Positions 29,107 to 32,000 of a stretch of 32,000 nucleotides of DNA are shown here, piece by piece. Positions within the stretch are counted from its first letter, which is position 1, and each line of letters opens with the position of its first letter. The position numbers were made by a program, and so were the translations under genes. The notes under the pieces were generated by a model. It saw nothing but the letters and a program-made list of their open reading frames with translations, was not told where the DNA came from and did no database searches. Source of the stretch: Sinorhizobium meliloti (GTDB taxonomy: Bacteria; Pseudomonadota; Alphaproteobacteria; Rhizobiales; Rhizobiaceae); contig NZ_JAGIOS010000001.1 of NCBI RefSeq assembly GCF_017876815.1, positions 2,670,001-2,702,000 of the forward strand. The letters run 5' to 3'.

Positions 29107-30513
29107 TCAGTCGACGAATTCGACCGTGACGCCGGTGCTCACCATCTTGCCGAGTTCGGTCGCGTCCCAGTTGGTCAGGCGGACGCAGCCATGGCTCTGG
29201 GTCTTGCCGATCTTCGACGGCTCCGGTGTCCCGTGAATGCCGTAGGTCGGCTTCGACAGCGCGATCCAGACGGTGCCCACCGGGCCGTTCGGACCCGGTT
29301 GCAATTGCAGGATCCTGTCGTTCGCGCCCTGCTGGAAGTTGATCTTCGGGTTGTAGGTATAACCAGGATCGAAGGCGATACGCTCGACATGCACCGTACC
29401 GGAAGGCGACGGCGTGTCGGAGGAACCGATGGTGGACGGATAGGCGGCGATCAGTTTCCCCGCCTCGTCATAGGCGAGCACCTGCTTGCGGGCCTTGTCC
29501 GCGACGATGCGCGCCACCTTGCCCTTCTTGTTCGGGCCGGGATTGACGACCTTGATCGTAGTGCCGGGAATTGAAAAATCGACACCGGGATTGAGCTCGC
29601 GCAGATACGCCTCGTCCATGTGGAACTTCTCGCCGAGCATCTCCGTCACGGACGTGAAGGACAGATGCGGAAGCTGCGCCTTGTGGGCGTAATCTTCCGG
29701 GATGGAGGCGACAAAGGGGCCGGCCGCATCCGCGGCGGTGATCGTGTAGGTCGTAATCGGCAAGCCGCCGTTGAAGCGCAGCCGCTCCAAAATGTCTTCG
29801 GTATTGTTCGGATCGAGCGTTTCACCCGTTGCCTGCTGCCAGGCTTCGATGGCCTTGGTGACGTTCGAGCCCATCTTGCCGTCGATCACGCCGGGAGAAA
29901 AGCCCTCGCGGTCGAGGAAGACCTGCAGGGCAGCGATCTCAGCGCGCGACTTTCCCGTCACCGTCATGGCCGGCGGCATCGGCTGTGCCAGCGGGTCATC
30001 GTATTGCGGATCGTAGGCAGCCTCCTCGCGATCGGAGAGCGAGGGAAGGCTGTTGGGCAGATCCTCGCGCTCGACCGGAGCGGGCGCAATATCGCGGTAT
30101 TCGGGGATGGCGCCGGTAAACTCGCCGGGTTCGGAATAGCCGTAACCGCGATCGCGGGGCTCGGGATAGCCATCGCGCCCGTATTCGCGGCGCCGCTGTC
30201 CGCGACCATAGCCGTCATTCGGCACGACGGTGGCGACGATATTGCCCCACGGATCCACGAGCACCGTGCGTCCGCGGCGGTCGCGCATGGCATGAACCTC
30301 GGCCTCTCCGGGGATATAGTCGAGAATGTCGCCTTCGGGCGTGACGAGCATCACGTCGCCGCCGCCCCAATAGCCACCATAGGCATCCTGTGCGTTGGCG
30401 GGCGCAAGCTCCATGGCCATGAGGGCGAGTGCTGCGAAGAGCGAAAGGCCGGTGCGGGTCGCGGGCGTCACTAGGGAACCTGTCTTCATGGCGGTTGCTT
30501 TGCGGCGGTACAT
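29107..30513 (-). CDS. L,D-transpeptidase (YkuD domain) with peptidoglycan-binding domain and signal peptide
   Basis: The catalytic motif is HGTPEPSKIGKTQSHGCVRLTNWDA. The PG_binding_1-like segment is IAALQVFLDREGFSPGVIDGKMGSNVTKAI. The signal peptide is LSLFAALALMAMELAPANA/QD. An alternative start is Met9 at 30489. Confidence 0.9.
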   Translation of the reverse strand: MYRRKATAMKTGSLVTPATRTGLSLFAALALMAMELAPANAQDAYGGYWGGGDVMLVTPEGDILDYIPGEAEVHAMRDRRGRTVLVDPWGNIVATVVPNDGYGRGQRRREYGRDGYPEPRDRGYGYSEPGEFTGAIPEYRDIAPAPVEREDLPNSLPSLSDREEAAYDPQYDDPLAQPMPPAMTVTGKSRAEIAALQVFLDREGFSPGVIDGKMGSNVTKAIEAWQQATGETLDPNNTEDILERLRFNGGLPITTYTITAADAAGPFVASIPEDYAHKAQLPHLSFTSVTEMLGEKFHMDEAYLRELNPGVDFSIPGTTIKVVNPGPNKKGKVARIVADKARKQVLAYDEAGKLIAAYPSTIGSSDTPSPSGTVHVERIAFDPGYTYNPKINFQQGANDRILQLQPGPNGPVGTVWIALSKPTYGIHGTPEPSKIGKTQSHGCVRLTNWDATELGKMVSTGVTVEFVD

Positions 30514-30680
30514 ACCGATTTGGACGTTAATGTGAAAAAAGTGAATTCATCATGAACAGCCGGTTAAATTAGTTAGGCCAACATCCTGCCCATTGCAACG
30601 CTCGCCGAAATGGCCCGGTTCCGAGGCTTCGACTATCATGGATTCCATGCCTGATTCCGGGCTCCTTCTCTGGAGGTGAA

Positions 30681-31517
30681 ATGCGGACGACCTTGAACGC
30701 GGCCGATGGCGCGGCGAGCCACCTCCTGTTCGACCCGTCCTCGGCACTCGATGTCGCGGCCTTCGTCGTCGCCGGTGTCGATCTGTCGCCGGGCGCGGCG
30801 ATCCCCTCGGACGGCGATCCGCGCATCGACCGCGCGCTCGCGGGTTTCCTGTTTACCTGCGGTCCCGAGCACATTCGACATCCCGAGGCTCTGGAAGGCG
30901 GCGCCGGCGCATATTATCCCCTGCATGGCTCGCTCGCCGGAACGCCCGTCAGCCGGACCGAGATGTGCGGTGCGGGCGATCGTTGTACTGCCGTCACCGA
31001 AGTCGATCTCGCCTGCGGCGGCCGGGCGGCTATCGAGCGCCTCTGGCAAGTCGATGCGGCCGCGCACGCCGTGACGCTTGCGGACCGCGTCATCAACATC
31101 GGTTCGTCTGCCTTTGCGCCGATGATGATGTATCACATGAACATCGCCGGCCGGCTGCTCGGCGAGGAAACGCGGATCGAAAGTCCGTCGGTCGACGGCG
31201 GATCGTTTCCTTGGCGCTTCGGCGAGGGGGAAAGCGCGCATTTCTGCCGTCCGGCCGTTGCCTGTGACGGATGGTCGGAGGTGGCGCTGACCGCAATGCC
31301 GGGTCTTAAGGGGCGCGCACTGCGTGTGCGGTTCCGGACCGACACGCTGCCGTTCCTGCAGATGTGGCGTTGTCAGCGCGGCGGCGCCAACGTCGTCAGC
31401 ATCGAGCCGGCCTCGCATCGCCTGGCGAAGCGGCCGCAGCTTGCCGCAAACGGGGAGCTCGATCCTCTTCAACCCGGCCAATCGCGCGATTATAGCCTGG
31501 CTTTCACCGTCTCCTGA
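30681..31517 (+). CDS. DUF4432 / aldose-1-epimerase-like family protein
   Basis: GFLFTCGPEHIRHP...YPLHGSLAGTPV...MMMYHMNI...LPFLQMWR...VVSIEPASH resembles the mutarotase-like DUF4432 pattern. The assignment is from memory. Confidence 0.55.
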   Translation: MRTTLNAADGAASHLLFDPSSALDVAAFVVAGVDLSPGAAIPSDGDPRIDRALAGFLFTCGPEHIRHPEALEGGAGAYYPLHGSLAGTPVSRTEMCGAGDRCTAVTEVDLACGGRAAIERLWQVDAAAHAVTLADRVINIGSSAFAPMMMYHMNIAGRLLGEETRIESPSVDGGSFPWRFGEGESAHFCRPAVACDGWSEVALTAMPGLKGRALRVRFRTDTLPFLQMWRCQRGGANVVSIEPASHRLAKRPQLAANGELDPLQPGQSRDYSLAFTVS

Positions 31518-31589
31518 TGACGCCTTCTCGATTGACGCCGCCCGGCGCCGGGCCTAAATCAGGGCAACGCTTTTCTTGAGGGACGCCAC

Positions 31590-31928
31590 ATGGACATTCG
31601 CCAGATCAACGATGAGTACTCGGTTTCGGGCCAGATCACCGTCGACGACCTCGACGAGATCAAGGCGCTCGGCTTCAAGTCCATCGTCTGTCATCGCCCG
31701 GATTTCGAGGCACCCGATCAGCCGACCTTCGACGCCATCGCCGCGCGTGCCCAGGAACTCGGGCTGGAGATCACCCATATCCCGGTCGGCCCGATGGGCG
31801 TGACCGCGGACGCGGTCAAGAGCATGGTCGACGCTCTGGACGAATTCCAGCGCCCGATGCTTGGCTATTGCCGCTCCGGCGCCCGCTCCACCGCAGTCTA
31901 TCAGCAGACACTGCACATTCGGGGCTGA
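31590..31928 (+). CDS. TIGR01244-family (DUF442, BLH N-terminal-like) small phosphatase-fold / sulfur-transfer protein
   Basis: VSGQITVDDLDEIKALGFKSIVCHRPD.E...QP together with a C-terminal CRSGARS (CX5R-type loop). Confidence 0.7.
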   Translation: MDIRQINDEYSVSGQITVDDLDEIKALGFKSIVCHRPDFEAPDQPTFDAIAARAQELGLEITHIPVGPMGVTADAVKSMVDALDEFQRPMLGYCRSGARSTAVYQQTLHIRG

Positions 31929-32000
31929 GGCGCCGAAAACGGTTGTGACGAGGGCTTCGCTCCGCGAATCATCTCACGGATTGCGATCTCTCTCTCATCC

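Noticed and set aside
1-32000. Search by eye for tRNA/tmRNA genes, integrase, transposase, reverse transcriptase (retron/DGR) or toxin-antitoxin pairs
   Set aside because: No cloverleaf-like GGTTCGA-type T-arm context was found. No ORF has tyrosine/serine recombinase, DDE or RT (YxDD) motifs, so no DGR can be proposed for the fibre genes. A covariance-model scan (tRNAscan/Infernal) would be the proper check.

Overview
High-GC DNA that looks alphaproteobacterial, probably Rhizobiales. That assignment is inferred from the protein families read by eye, with no database search. From about 1.1 kb to 26.7 kb the window holds the regulatory and late half of a siphovirus-type, HK97-fold prophage on the + strand. 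In order it carries: an XRE repressor-like gene and a DUF6456-like regulator; an HNH endonuclease; TerS and TerL; portal; prohead protease; major capsid; a proline-rich repeat protein; connector; head-closure; gp10-like and DUF3168-like proteins; tail tube; a chaperone pair; tape measure; three small distal-tail proteins; and a J-like host-specificity protein. These are followed by a three-gene receptor-binding cluster, including a beta-helix tailspike, and a lysis cassette (GH108 endolysin with a C-terminal TM segment, overlapping i/o-spanins, a holin-like 2-TM protein and a TM coiled-coil protein). The head-neck-tail gene order mirrors RcGTA-like clusters, but TerS, HNH, tail fibres and lysis genes point to a true (pro)phage. 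No integrase or replication genes lie in the window. The left border is not visible, and the right border is probably at 26.6-26.9 kb. From 26.9 kb to 32 kb there are host-type genes: an orphan ParA-like ATPase behind a repeat-rich AT-rich leader, a PuuB/OrdL-like FAD oxidoreductase, an L,D-transpeptidase, a DUF4432-like protein and a TIGR01244-type small phosphatase-fold protein. The best candidate for something undescribed is the compositionally foreign cargo between the regulator and the terminase (2.2-6.8 kb). It includes a translationally coupled, AT-rich, opposite-strand pair (4-TM membrane protein plus signal-peptide protein, 4529-5661) and a cytoplasmic CPHC thioredoxin-fold/helical-repeat protein (2247-3386). 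All family assignments come from motifs read by eye and need HMM or structure searches. No tRNA, rRNA, CRISPR array, transposase or reverse transcriptase was seen.
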